From Callorhinchus milii (lineage: Eukaryota): a stretch of DNA of 64,000 bases. The stretch lies in assembly GCF_018977255.1 (NCBI RefSeq), contig NW_024704743.1, positions 82,338,001 through 82,402,000 of the forward strand. The letters are read 5' to 3'. The notes under the pieces were generated by a model that was given only the letters and a program-made list of their open reading frames with translations, was not told the DNA's origin and ran no database searches. The stretch's first letter is position 1. The number at the start of each line of letters is the position of its first letter. Positions 49,007 through 62,745 of this stretch are shown here, in pieces. The position numbers were made by a program, and so were the translations under genes.

Positions 49007-49160
49007 TGGGATGCGGTTATGGAAAGACAAGCTCAGGTGGAAGCACAACAGCGTGCAAGATTTGTTTCAGACGCTGCCAGGCGGCAGTTCATGGCAGATG
49101 AAATGACTAAAACAATGGAGCATGTTGAACAACTGCACAAAAGTCTAGATGAATCTTTTG
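49007..49160 (+). CDS. TBC1D31: TBC1D31 exon 20
   Basis: WDAVMERQAQ...SDAARRQFMADEMTKTMEHVE; phase consistent. Confidence 0.85.
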
Positions 49161-50592
49161 GTAATGTTCTAAGTGTTTTCAATGTTATGGTATGACTTAC
49201 TCTTAATGGTTTCTGTAAGAGGAATTTCTGTTTTTGAAAAACAGTTGCTGACGAAATATTCCTCACACTGGATTATCCTCAATGAATTTTTTACCACAAC
49301 CCTAACCTTCCTTCCTGCTTACCTGCCTGAATTCCTCATCCTCTTTATCTATCTTTACACCCCATCTTAAGACCTACCACTTTGACTGTGCCTATAATCA
49401 CCTCTCCCTTTCTTCGGAGTCAAACCCTATCACTGTATAGAGTTCTAAAACGCCATCCTGCATGAAAGGCGCTATATAAATGCAAGCTATTGTTATTGCT
49501 GATCTTTTGTTGAGGATGGTAGAGAAATAATAATAATCCTTGCATTTAATATAACGCCTCATCACATTGTTGATGACTCAAAGCGCTTCACAGAATGCAT
49601 TGTAAAGTGGACTGACTGTATTTTGTGGGTGAAATGAATTGAAAGAAAAGGAAAATTAGGCACTCATGATATGGGATATCGAGAATAACCCAACGTGAGG
49701 AATAATTTGTTAGATTTTTTTNCAAAACTAGAAATTGATCTTTCAGTTGAAGAGAGATGTGTTAATTCAAGAGAGAGAAATTCAGAGAGAGTCGCAGCCT
49801 AAGGTATCCTTTTCTTCCACATCTGAGCAGCCAATTAGTAGAGTTGGTAAAAGCTAGGGAACAGTCCAACTGTCTTTCGCTTGGTCAGAGAGAAGCCATC
49901 CCAATGAAAAAACACTTAAATTGCTTTTCAGTTTTTGTTTTACATTATTGAACAGGAGGTATATTTCCACACAATTAATGGCAACTAAAACCTAGAGGTC
50001 AAAGTACTCCCATTGGAAACCTAAAGAAATAACAGAGTTATTTAAAAGAATAATTCCTCAATAACAAGGAATGTTCGCTTTATTATACTACCCAAGATCA
50101 GCCTCCTCCTGCATAGATTTCTCTATAATGTATGTCGGAGCAGCCTGAGAGCTGATCAAGCCACCCAACTCCAGAAAAGCCCAATACCAACTCAGTATGC
50201 AACAATACTCAGGAAATGTATGGTAATACCCAGCTAGCTAACGCTGGTTAGGCACATTCGTTTGGCCTTCAGGGGCCACTTCATCTCCTCCCCGAAACAT
50301 ACTTCACCAGTGCAGGTGGAGCAGATTCTAGGTAGTTTGTTACAGAAAGGATTCTTCACTTATAGGTAAAGAACAATTTTGTGATTTATTTTCTCTATTT
50401 GTTGGGCAAGAGAGTACTTTGAACAAACTCCAGATTTAAGTTCCATTGATTAGTAGCAAAGGTGTTCATCCTTGTATAAAATGTTACAAAGAACCTTTTC
50501 TACAATCTATATTGGATGCAAAGGTTTATATATAATGATGAATTAAATTCCGTTCAATTGGTATATCACTTTGCTCTTTTCATTTGCTGCAG

Positions 50593-50721
50593 AGAGGCTT
50601 TGTGACGCAAGAACTATAATTACACACAAACCAACAGGAGATCTCCAAGAGAGCAGAAATAGAAACACAAAGCATGACACTACCTGTTTGAATGATATTT
50701 CCTCAGACTCTTCTGCTCAGT
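50593..50721 (+). CDS. TBC1D31: TBC1D31 exon 21
   Basis: Open phase-1/phase-1 exon ending LNDISSDSSAQ; acceptor tgcag, donor gtaagt. Confidence 0.8.
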
Positions 50722-52461
50722 GTAAGTATGTATTGTGAGAAAGTGATTAACACCCAGGTTTACTTTTTTTCCCAATTTGCCCCAAATCCAACAGATAGCC
50801 ATGTTTCTGATTTTAAAAACTTCCAAAAGTTGTTTAACTTTCATCCAAAATTTGACCACAGAAGCTGAATTTAACTTAGAAAATGTGTCATAAATTTTAA
50901 CTGGAAAATGTGTGAATTATTAAGCGCCATTTTTCACTGACCGTCATCATGTCACTTTGAGTTGGTGCACCATTACTTTAATCTTCCTTGAATTTGAAAC
51001 AACTCTTCAAAACTGCATTTCCTCACTTGAAAAGAGGCAAAGTGGAAAATTTAAGGGGACTTTCTCCCCAGCTTATTTAAGGTGTTTTGGGGTAATTAGT
51101 GCAATAATTAGAGAACAAATGTATTGCAATACAAAAATGTTTCATCAAATACAAAATATTTATCCACATCAGCTCACTCAAAAATTAAATGCTCAAGATA
51201 AAGTACTGTAATAATTTACAGCATTATTTTACTTGACTAAAGATGGCATCTACCTTTCGACCACATTGCTGCAACTTGTACGTTTTACCATGAAAAACAT
51301 TAAAGCGAAAGGCTTCACAGATTATCATTGTTGGGAGAGAGAAAAAATAAGTAAAGGTCAGAAAAGTTTCTTCTCAAAAAGCTCACTTAATTTCATATGG
51401 AGATCCATCCAGCAAAATGGATCGCTTTTAAAAGCACGCTCAGCATCGGACTCATGTTACTGATCCTCCTCCAGCTGCTGCTTAATCCATGTCTCATTTA
51501 CAGGAAGTCAGTAACCTTCCACAGTCAAGCAACATATCCAGCCCACATTCAATCCCGGCATCCAGGGCCCATTCACTCCCCGCCCCACTTAGTGACCTTA
51601 AAAGGCACGACTGAAACAGCTCTGGACTTGTAGATCAGGACACCTATGTAGAAGCAAGCCACAACCATTGAACTTTTAACTCCTGATATTCTAAGGACAC
51701 ACAATCACTGAAATATGCATAGGGTCACCTGCGATTTAATGTCAAAGTAGCTTCTCTTCTCAAATGTTTATACGCGTCCTCCCCTCAACTCTCCTGGGAT
51801 GAGTGGATTCAAACCTGTTTATCAGCATATAAAAAAAACATGGTGGCAACAGTGCTGAACAATTCTGTTTTTATTAATCACTAGCTACTAAAAAATTATT
51901 TTGCTTAAAATTACATTTCCTCAGGTCTTATTTTAAGTATCTGGTGTTGTTTTCATTTAAGTGTATTTAAGTATTTAAATCTATGTATTTAAGCACGCCC
52001 TGTTAGCTAGTTGGATAAGAGCAACCCCCTGTGCAAGGCTAAACAACAGAACATCACAGGTTTAGTATGTGCTGCCTTTGCTTCCAGTCAGGGAAGCAAT
52101 GGGACTGCTACGATTGTCCTTAGTACCCTGGATTTGGGGGGCAGCCAGGGTTTCTACTCCTGTTTGCTATTCACAGATCCCTACTGGAAGTTGTGCATGT
52201 GTGGATAAAAGAGGATTGGGTTCATGATTCCCTCCACGGTTGAATAGCTTACCAACACAACGTTATAATTCGTCAGTGAATAATGACCATTTGAGTGCAT
52301 GTAGCACTCGTGGATCCTGTATCTAACCAAAGGAAAAAAACTGTCAAGAAAGGAGGAATTTGAGGAAACAAAATAAATGTTGCAATGCTTAAATCAAATT
52401 GTTGCTGGATAATATTCTTTTCTGGTTTAATTTTTAAACTTTTTTTTAAAAATCATTATAG

Positions 52462-52601
52462 TGTCTTTGGACAGAGGAAGAACTGATCTAGAAAACAAGG
52501 AACGTGAACTGATGGCTGGAGTAAGAGAACTGAGACAAAAGCTTGCAGTGCAGGCTCGTCAGAGATACCCTAGAAATTTCTCTCCTACAAACTGCACATA
52601 G
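52462..52601 (+). CDS. TBC1D31: TBC1D31 exon 22 (last coding exon, TAG stop)
   Basis: SLDRGRTDLENKERELMAGVRELRQKLAVQARQR...*; the spliced CDS totals 3261 nt. Confidence 0.88.
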
Positions 52602-53432
52602 TAGAATATACACACTTCTAAATTATCATAATAAAGCCGAATCGTTTTTTAAGGAAGCCTGAAATCTAAAATCAAAACAGAAGCAGGAAATGCAGAGCAG
52701 GTCAATCAGCATGTGAAAAAGAAACTTGTTAATGTTTCAGGTGTGACCTTTCAGCAGAACTGTTTTTTGATAAAGTCACCGCTCAAAGTGATATTGAGGT
52801 ATATAGACCAGATTGAATCTGCAGTCTGGACTGAGTTAGTTGACTTAAACCAGGGTGGCAGTAGGGCCCTACAATTGACCTTAATGCCCGAGGCTAGGAA
52901 GTGGGAAAAATCAGCCGAGGTACCTGCTCCTGATCTCTCTCCAGTGACTTGCCGTATGGATGATGGATGAGGCTAAAATAAGGCTGGACTGTAATGCTTC
53001 AAATAACCTGCTGACCTTTGTTTGCTGAAGAATAGCCACTTTGGGTGACATATCAGACTACAATTGCTTCCCATGGACATGTACATAATCCAACTGAGTG
53101 AATGCTTCTGATGAAAAAAANCTAAAGCCAAAATATTACATTAATTTGCTGTTAGGTTCTGATTGACTTTATATGCATTTCCCAAGTTTTATGTCCTATT
53201 TTAATGTTTAAATATTAAAATGAATGTATTTCAACTGATTTGTTAGACTTGTATAATTATTGATTACTCATTTATTTTTCTATTGAGATTGATATGCAAT
53301 TAAGTCTGTTTTATATTGTAGTTATGTACAGAATGTTTAAGATGCATTCTAACAATATGTGTGCAATTTTGAAATGCTGCTGTTGTACATAATAGAAAAC
53401 AGCCAAAAGGACATTTTTAAGTGAAACTTTGC

Positions 53433-53438
53433 AATAAA
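53433..53438 (+). terminator. candidate TBC1D31 polyA signal (proximal alternative 52630-52635)
   Basis: AATAAA after an AT-rich 3' UTR, with GT/T-rich sequence downstream. Confidence 0.5.
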
Positions 53439-54309
53439 TCTTTTGCTAATTTTGAAAGGTGTATTTTTAGTTATCTTTAATTATGCAATCCTTTCAATCC
53501 TTTCATCCTGTTCATCCTACTTTAGGGATTTGAATGAGGTACACAGAGCTGTTTCAGATCGGTGCTCAGCTGTCTTTCGAGTGGATGACTTATCCACTTA
53601 TGACATCCCATGGGCTATGTAAATTTAGGACAGCAGAGTGCTGATTAGGTTCAAGCCCCAGGACATTACTTGTCAGCCCAGGGATGACTCTGAATCCACA
53701 TGCTTGAACTATGTTTGAACAGATATTGTATACAGAAGACCGAGACACAATTATGGATTTATTCCTTTTAAAGTCGAGGAGAAAACTGGTCATGTAGATT
53801 CCCAGGAATTCCCAGTAGTGGAGGATAAAAGCCACCCCCACAAGTATGGATGAGGAATTTTGTCGCATTATGGACTTCTATGTTGGAAATCCCATCAAAG
53901 GACCATCATGGATCTTCCTTTGATGGATATTCTAACTATTGAACAGGCTTGTCACACTCTCACAGTTGTTGCTGTGGAGGCGCCTGTGGCATGGTAACCC
54001 TTCTGGCTGATGCAAGATTGTGAAACAGCATGCACGTGAAAAGAACGGGGGGGGAAAAAACAAAAAAGGCTTCCTACATGTCCCGCAGACAAGTGCTGAT
54101 TTTTTTTTGCTCTTTTCCATACCTGTTCTCGTATGTTTGAGGGTCAGCAGTTAGTTGTGATATAGATCAGTTCACTCAGTGAGCACCAGTTAAATATTTG
54201 TCTTGAAGGTGAAGCAAGGACTCATTAAGAACCTCCAATGGACACGTGTGGCAGGTTTGCAAGCTTACATATATGCTCATCTCTTAATATGTCCTTTTAG
54301 TAATAAAAT

Positions 54310-54772
54310 CTTCCCTCCACAAGCTGCAAATCATCGAGAACTGCAGCTCGTGTCCTCTCTCGCACCAGCTCCGTGACCCCATCTCCTCGTCCGACTCCAC
54401 TGGCTCCACATCCCCCAGAGAATAGAGTTCAAAATCCTTGTCCTCTCCTTCGGACTTGCTCTTTCCTACCTCTGACCTGCTAACTCCATAATCAACCTAT
54501 CCGCTCCCTCTGCTCAGCAGGCTGTGGCCTGCTCTACATCCCCTGACCTTCAGTCTCTCTGCCGCCACCATCTGAAACTCCATCCCACATTCTCTTTGCC
54601 TCGCTGCCTCCTTTGCTTCCTTCAAGGCGTGTCTCAAGACCCTCCTCTTCGACCCCGCCTTCAGCTACCCTCCCATGCTCCCTGATCCCAACCCCCCACC
54701 CGCTCAGGTCCAAATCCCTGACTGCTCCCAACATGATAGGTGCTATAACAAATGTAGTATTGTAATTTTTGT
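54310..54772 (+). mobile_element. L2 3' fragment
   Basis: LHKLQII...LHWL...IEFKILVL and L2 tail. Confidence 0.75.
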
Positions 54773-55204
54773 ATTGCAAATGCATGTATTGCCACGAGTT
54801 GGACTTCACATAACCAGAGTAATGAGCTTTGCTGCCGGTAGAGTGGATCTGGCAGATGAGCTTAACCAGTTTTCTCTAGCTTTCAACTCCTTTCTACTAT
54901 GTGGGTGACTACACAAAAATAATTTGGGAAGTACTGTACTTTGGCATAAAATACTTGATTGGCAATGAGGCCAGACACCCAGTTCACTGGTTGCCCTGAT
55001 GTGAGCGGAGCTATTAACAACAACAACTTATATTTATATAGCACCCTTCACACAGGGTAGCATCTCGGAGCACTTAACACTCGCGAAACTCGACACCAAG
55101 CCAGGGAGAAGGGAGAATTGATCGTAGGTATAGTTGAAGAGGAAGGTCTTCAACTTGAGACTTAAAAAAAATGTAATGTGTACTTTCAAAGAATAATACA
55201 TTAG

Positions 55205-57330
55205 AATATACAGCACAGCCTCTACGTCCCTTCTATAATGTGGGGACCAGAACTGCACACAGTATTCTAAGTGTGGCCTAACCAAGGTTCTATAGAGGTT
55301 TACCATAACTTCCCTGCATTTCATCTCTAACCCTCTAGAAATGAACCCCAATGCCTGGTTTGTCTTTTTTATGGCCTTATTAACCTGCATTACTACTTTT
55401 AGTGAATTGTGTATGTGTCCTTTTGTCTAGGTCCCTTTGTCCTCTACTATTTAGGTTTTTATTTTCCAGGATGTATGTGACTTCCTTTTTCTTTCTACCA
55501 AAATGTACCACCTCACATTTTTCCACATTGAAATGCATTTGCCATTGAAATGCCCATTCAGCAAGTTTATTCATGTCTTGCTGTAATTTATTGCAGTCCT
55601 TCTCTGTATTAACTGCTCCCCCCAATTTGGTGTCATCTGCAAATTTTGAAATTGTACTGCTGATTCCCAAGTCTACATCATTAATGTATATTGTGAACAA
55701 CAGAGGTCCCAATACCGATCCTTGTGAAACACCACTGCCCACCCCTTGCCAGACTGAGTAGCTACCCTTTACCCCTACTCTCTGTTTTCTGTTTTGTAGC
55801 CAGCTTGCTATCCATTCTGCTATTTTTCCCTGAATCCACATGCTCTGACCTTATTCATTAGCCTATTATATGGTACCTTATCGAAAACCTTTTGGAAATC
55901 TAAATATATTACATCTCCCGCATTACTCTTGTCTACTCTTTCTGTTACCCGTTCAAAGAATTCAATGAGGTTGGTCAAGCATGACCTTCCTTTTTGAAAT
56001 CGGTGCTGATTATGATTATTTATTATGTTTTCCATTTCTAGATCTTTATTACCTCCTTCAGTAAGGATTCCATTATCTTTCCTACCACCGATGTTAAGCT
56101 AACAAATCTATAGGTCTATACTTCCCAACTCTAATTTTCCACCTCATATTGCGACCCCCAGTCCCCTGATGTTCTGTCAGCCTGCCTGTCAGACATCAGG
56201 AGCTGGATGAGCACGAATTTCCTTCAGCTGAATGCTGATAAGACAGAAGCCATACTCTTTGGCTCTCATCAACGTCTAAAATCACATGGTTCTCATCTCC
56301 TCCACCTACCCGACCTCCCCCTAAAACTCTCCGAACCCGTATGCAACTTAGGTGTCATGTTTGACCCCCAATTATCCTTCCTCCCCCACATCCGGTCCCT
56401 CACCAGCACTGCTTTCTTCCACCTCCGACACATCGCCCGTCTCCGCCAATACTTCACTCCAAAAGCCGCTGAAACCCTGGTCCATGCCTTTGTCACCTCT
56501 CGGCTGGACTATTCAACTGCCCTCCTCAACGGTCTCCCATCCACTACCATCCATAAAATCCAGGTCATCCAAAACTCTGCCGCCCACATTCTTACCCGCA
56601 CCAAACTCCGCTCCCCGATTACCCCGTCCTCGCCAGACTGCACTGGCTGCCTGTCCCAGAGAGGACCGATTTCAAGATCCTCACCCTTGTCTTCAAGTCC
56701 CTCCACTCCTCTGCATCCCCCTACCTCTCTGACTTTCTCTCTCCTCAAAACAGTGCCTGTTGCCTTCGTTCCACCGGGTCTGGCCTCCTCCTTGTTCCCC
56801 GAGTCCTCCACTCTACCATTGGCGGCTGTGCCTTCAGCCACTACACCTCGAGGCTCTGGAACTCCCTTCCTCACTCCCTTCGCCTCGCCTCCTCTCTTCC
56901 TATTTTCAGGTCTCAGCTGAAGACCTTTCTTTTCGACCGCGCCTTTGGTCACCTTCCTCCCCCTCCCCCTGGCTCGGCCCCGGGATCCGTTACTGTTATG
57001 AGCTCTGAGACGCTGTCCGGCGTGGAGGGCACTATATAAATCCAAGTTGTTGCTGGGCTTGTTCTATCTCCCTTTTTAAATATAGGTATAATATTAGCTC
57101 ACCTCCAGTTCTCTGGCACTACTCCCTTTTCTAATGAGTTATATATGTGTAATAGTGCCTCTGCTATCTCTTCCCTTGATTCTTTTAATATACGCGGATA
57201 CAATCCATCTGGACCAGGGGTTTTATCCTCTCTGAGTTTTGTTAGTTTTTTGATTATATCTCCCCTTTTGCATCTTAAATGTATTTATATTACTTTTGAT
57301 CTCTTCTACTGTTATGTCTGTAGAATATTT
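55205..57330 (-). mobile_element. CR1 RT fragment interrupted by an L2
   Basis: GRSCLTNLIEFFE...[30 protein letters not shown]...KFADDTKLG; LYRTLVRPHLEYCVQFWSP. Confidence 0.9.
56120..57052 (+). mobile_element. L2 LINE 3' fragment
   Basis: NFLQLNADKTEAILFG...LVHAFVTSRLDY; tail ctatataaatccaagttgttg. Confidence 0.9.
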
Positions 57331-59204
57331 TACTATTTCTTTTTATATTTCTTGATAATTTAATTTCACAATTCCTCTTTGCCTTCCTAATTGTTTTTTT
57401 AACTATTTTCCTGACCTCTTCGTATTATTTTTTGTCATGCTCTCCCTTGTTATTTACGTACTTAGTGATGATACAATACATATGAAGAGTGAGTAACTTC
57501 TCATCATGTGTCAGGATACAATATAATGGTCCTTTAGCAAAGTCTCAGTATGTGTATATATAATGTAATATATATGTTCAGTCTTCATACATTTTCCTAT
57601 AATCATAAGAGCTGATACATAGTTTACAGTAGTTACATAACATGCCAGCTTGTTCTTAACAAGCCACAGTGCACTTAGCCATATCAAGCATGCAAGTAGT
57701 AGAGAACATGGCAAGACAGATTCAAACTACTTTGCAAATCTTATAATATTGCTACTGATTGTTTTGTTTCATATTCAACAAGCTTTTATACAAGGATCTC
57801 GATGTTGAGCATTTGTTAAAAATGTTGAGGTGAAAATAGTGGTGTGTGGTGTTAATTATAGCCAATGATAATTATCACATCCTCAATAAATGTAGCCAAT
57901 CGGCAAGATTGTTCGATAACTAATGCCTTGATAATGCACTTCAAATTTCATCTGCCTTAGAAATGTGGGGGAAACTAAGGAGAAAGTTACATGAATAATC
58001 CTGGATATATTCATTTGATAATGACAGCGTTACTTAGGTTTTTTACTCTCCTCCTTTTCTGAAGGCAGCAACATCTGCTATTATAATGCTGTCTAATTGT
58101 TGGCAGATCTCCAGCAATGCACCAAAGCAAATGTTTATTTCCAAGCCTGGATGACAGGTGTAGGCAGGCTCTTCAGCCATAGGCAATATCACAGGCAAGC
58201 CTGATCCAGTCCTCGCCTACATCCACTCTTTACAAATCAGAACCTCGCCCGTCCCGAGGGACTTGAGGCCCGAGCCAAGATCAGTTATCTAAGCACAGAT
58301 CAAACTTCCAAGCTCATTACTGTGCTAATCAACACCTCGATCCACTGAGCTGTTGGAGCAGTCCTTTCCTGGATGTGATTTCACATAGAATAACAAAGAT
58401 CTTATTACAAATTACCTGTCCTCCTAGTCTGAGCGCTATCTATTTGCCATATTTCTGAGGGTCTTAGGAGAGAGATGCTGAAGTAGGATATGCTTACCGA
58501 ACCTTAGTTTCCATCACTGATGCCCTGAGTAATCTCACAACAGATGTTGGGATGGGATGAAGAAGTACCTTTGGCCCACTTGATCTTATCCTGCCAGTCC
58601 AAAATCCTCCTGTCACAGAGCTTGGTATTTTATACCCAATCCCCCAGTGACTAGAGTCAGCAGCCCATTTATATTAACAAATTAAAATACACACTACTCA
58701 AAATAAATGTAAAATATTTATTGGCCACAAGCAAACCATTTGAAGACACCCCAAAGCCTTAAATTAAGTCAGAGACGTAATACATAAAATAAAGGTACTT
58801 ATGGTTTGAGCAGGGTGAGCGAGTTGACCCACTTCTTGTTAGAAGTCCCTCCAAGGTATAACTTCCCTGGCCTGCTCAAACACCCTGTGTTTTATCCCTT
58901 TGTTCTGGTATTCTCACCAGAAATACATTCTATAGATAATGAGTTTCCATGCAAATCAGGCCACCTTCAAACAATAACAACGATGAACTGGGAATGGTGA
59001 CTTTATTACTTAGTACCCAGAATGATAATTCAGGGAAATGGAGATTTATTCAGAAGATGTAGCAACATCATATTTTTAAGAAAAGACAAAATACTGCAGA
59101 TGCTGGAAATCTGAAATAAAAATAGAAGTTGCTGGGAACATTTAGCAGGTCAGGCAGCATCTGTGGAGAGAGATAAGTGAGTTAATGTTTCAGGTCGATG
59201 CAAC

Positions 59205-62010
59205 CTTCATGGATCTGTCCTTGAATGGTTCAGATCCTACCTCTCACACTGTCTCCACTCCATCTCCATCCCCATCCATTTGTGGAGTCCTGTAGCTCAG
59301 TGGTTAGAGCACTCGCTTTGCAAGCGAGAGACCTGAGTTAAATTCCAGGCAGGGCGCAACCTTAGGCAAGTTTCCTTACTCCACACAGAGCCTAATAATA
59401 ATCCCTCCAAAACCAAAAAATAATAATAAATTGGTCATTTTCAATCTACGACTGTTTGTGGGACATTGCTGTGCGCAATTGGCTGCCGCGTTCGCCCACA
59501 AATATACAGTCAATTCACTTTACAGTGTGTTCTGTGAAGCGCTTTGGGACGTCCTCCCGACGTGAAAAGCCCTATATCAAATGCAAAGATTATTATTATT
59601 ATCTCCACAAACGGTTTCTCCTCTAGCCCCCGCACTGTCTCCTGCAGAGTTCCTCAGGGCTCTGTTCTTGGTCCCCCCCTTTACAATATCTATATGCTCT
59701 TGGTGACATCATCCGCAGACATGGGGTCAATTTCCACATGTATGCAGATGACACCCAACTCTATTTCTCTGCCTCCACCCTCGACTCCAGGGCCACTGCT
59801 GTCCTGACAAATATCTGTCAGACATCAAGTCCTGGGTGAGAGCTAACTTTCTTCAGTTGAACATCAACAAGGCCAAGGCTCTCCTGATTGGCTTCCATCA
59901 GCAACTCCACACCTCAGTCCCTGACACATCACCGTCCATGAATGCACACTTCACCTTGCTAAGCCAATCCGGAACATTGGCGTCTTGTTTGACTCCTAAC
60001 TATCCTTTCTACCCCAAATCCATGCCATGTCCCGCTTTGCCTTCCCCCAACTCTGCAACATCGTCCGGCTCTGCCATTGTCTCACACCACAGCCATCAAT
60101 ACCCTCATCCGCACATTCATAACATCCGGGCTCGACTAAGCAAACTCCCTGCTTGTCAGCCTCCCCAACTCCTCCCTCCATAGGCTGCAGATCAACAACA
60201 GCAACAACAAAATTACATTTATAGAGCGCCTTTCATGTTTGGAGGACGTCCCAAGGCGCTGGACAGTCAAGAGTCAGGATGCGAGCATGGGGGAGGGGTG
60301 GGGGAGGGGTGAGGGAAGGCAGAGAGGTGGGAGAGCAACCGAAGGCACAATCAAAGAGAAGGGTCTTGAGACCGGCCTTGAATGAAGCAAGGGAGGAAGC
60401 GAGGCAAATGGACCGTGGGATGGAGTTCCAGAGTGTGGGGCAGAGAGACTGAAAGCCCAGCCACCAATGGTAGGTCAGGCCAGGCAGGAGGCATGGAGCA
60501 AGCCGGAGCCCACTGAACAGAGGGAGTGGGCAGGTTGGCAGGGAGTCAGCACCTCAGAGAGGTAGGAGGGAGCAAGGCCATGAATGGTCTTGAAAGTGAG
60601 GATGAGGATCTTGAATTTGATCCTCTGGGGGATGGGGAGCCAGTGGAGTCGGGCGAGGGTGGGAGTGATGGGTCACGGAGCCTGGTGCGTGAGAGTTCAC
60701 GAGCTGCAGAGTTTTGGATGATCTGCAGCTTGTGAAGGGAAGAGTTGGGAAGGCCGATGAGGAGGGGGTTTCCAGAATTGAGCCTTGATCGTGATGAATA
60801 CGTGGGTGAGGGTTTCAGCAGCCTGAGGGGTGAGGCAGTGGCGGAGTCTGGCAATGTTGCAGAGGTGGTGGTAGGCAGTGCCGGTCATGGTGCGGATATG
60901 GGGGAGAAAGGACAGTTCAGGGTCAAACAAGATACCCAGGTTCCTGACTGGCTTAGTGAGGTTGAGTGTGCAGCCGTGGAGGCTGATGCTGCCAGTGCCC
61001 GAGGTGCGGAGACGCTGGTGTGAGCCAATCAGGAAGGCCTCAGTCTTGCTGACATTCAGTTGGAGAAAGTTATCCCTCATCCAGGACTTGATGTCGGACA
61101 GGCAGTTGGTCAGGACGACAGTAGTCCTGGAGTTGAGGGTGGAGGCAGAGAGATAGAGTTGGGTGTCATCCGCATAAATGTAGAAATTTACCCCATGTCT
61201 GCGGATGATGTCACCAAGGGGGAGCATGTAGAGGGTGAAGAGGAGGAGACCGAGGTCAGAGCCCTGAGGAACGCCGATGAGACAGTGCAGAGGCTGGAGG
61301 AGAAGCCGTTTGCAGGGACGAAGTGGAGGCGGTGTGAAAGGTAGGACCTGAACCAGTCAACGACAGAACCTTAAAGGTTGAGGTGGGAGGAGAGGTGGTG
61401 GAGGAGGATTGAGTAGTCCACAGTATCAAAGGCGGCAGAAAGGTCGAGGAGGCAGTGGTCACACATGATCAGGAAGTCATTTGTGACCTCAACCAGAGCA
61501 GTTTCCGTGATCATTCAGAACTCTGCAGCCCATGCCCTCTCCTGCACCAGGCTCCGCGACCCTGTCACCCCCATTCTCGCCCAACTCCACTGGCTTCCCA
61601 TCACACAGAGGATACTGTTGAAGGTCCTAGTTCTCACCTTCAAAGCCCTCCATGGCCTTACTCCCCTCCTACCTCTGCAACCTTTTAACCCCCTCCGCTC
61701 AGCGGGCTCCAGCTTGCTTCACATCCCCTGCTGCGCTCGCCCCACAATTGGCGGATGGTCCTTCTGCCGCTCTGCCCCCACCTTCCGGAACTCCATCCCG
61801 CAGTCCCTATGCCTCGCCCCTTGCCTCCTTCAAGACCCGTCTCAAGACCCTCCTCTTCGATTGTGCCTCCAGTCACCCTCCTTCCCCTCCTTCCCTCCAC
61901 TCTCCCCTATCCCGAACCCCAGCTCGGGTCCAAAATGCTGATTGTCCAGCGCCTTGGGACATCCTCACGACGTGAAAGGCACCTTAGAAATGTAATTTTA
62001 TTGTTATTGT
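59205..62010. mobile_element. L2 cluster: + (59205-60193), - (60194-61508), + (61510-62010)
   Basis: VPQGSVLGP and YADDTQLY motifs, and L2 tails at 60194 (-) and 62010 (+). Confidence 0.85.
59284..59601 (+). mobile_element. tRNA/Deu SINE inserted into an L2
   Basis: Near-identical to 45330-45652. Confidence 0.9.
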
Positions 62011-62389
62011 TGGGATTTCTGTTTTTATATCATATTTTTAAGGTTCACTTTAAGATGTCTAATTGTTTTAATTGGTCACAGGCTACTTAGTTCACAGCTG
62101 AGCTGATTACATGAAAATAAGATTTGAGCTTCTTTTCCTGGACAATTCTGTCAACATGACCAAAAAATGCAGTCGTGTCACAATATGAGGAGACTTGCCC
62201 AGAGTTGGATTAGTTCACTGGACTGTAACAACACAAACAGCTCATTACTGAAATTGAACTCCATTGTAAACCTTATCCCATCTGAGCTCGGCCCTAACTG
62301 AGCTCACTCTTGCTTACAGGTGAGAACTGTTTAATTATGAATGTTTTGGAATGGGGTCAGAGAGAGGCACATGCTGGAGTTTTTAATGT

Positions 62390-62745
62390 GGAGTCGTGTA
62401 GAGTATTGGTTAGAGCACTCACCTTGCAAGAGAGAGGACCCGGGTTCGATTCCTGGACAGGGTGAAAAATTAGGCAAGTTTCCTTACTCCACACACCTAC
62501 CAGTAAGTAGGAACCTGATTGTTAGTCAATTGGTGAATCGCTTTTCCAGGTGCAATAATCCCTTTTTAAAAAAATGTGTCACTCAATCCACGACTGTTTG
62601 TGGAACGCTGCTGTACGCAATTGGCTGCCACATTTCGCCCACAAAATATACAATAAATTCATTTTATAGTACATTCTGTGAAGCGCTTTGAGATGTCTTG
62701 AAAATGATAAAAGGCGCTTTATCAAATGCAAGGATTTTTATTATG
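62390..62745 (+). mobile_element. tRNA/Deu SINE (longer subfamily like 3542-3901)
   Basis: Head, extra segment cagtaagtaggaacc..gttagtc, Deu core, tail. Confidence 0.85.

Noticed and set aside
58611..59067. Possible solo LTR (TG...CA)
   Set aside because: No target-site duplication and no second copy in the window.
59284..59355. tRNA-Ala(TGC)-like sequences (also 3542, 45330, 62390)
   Set aside because: They are SINE heads: no proper acceptor stem, and each is followed by a Deu core and an L2 tail.
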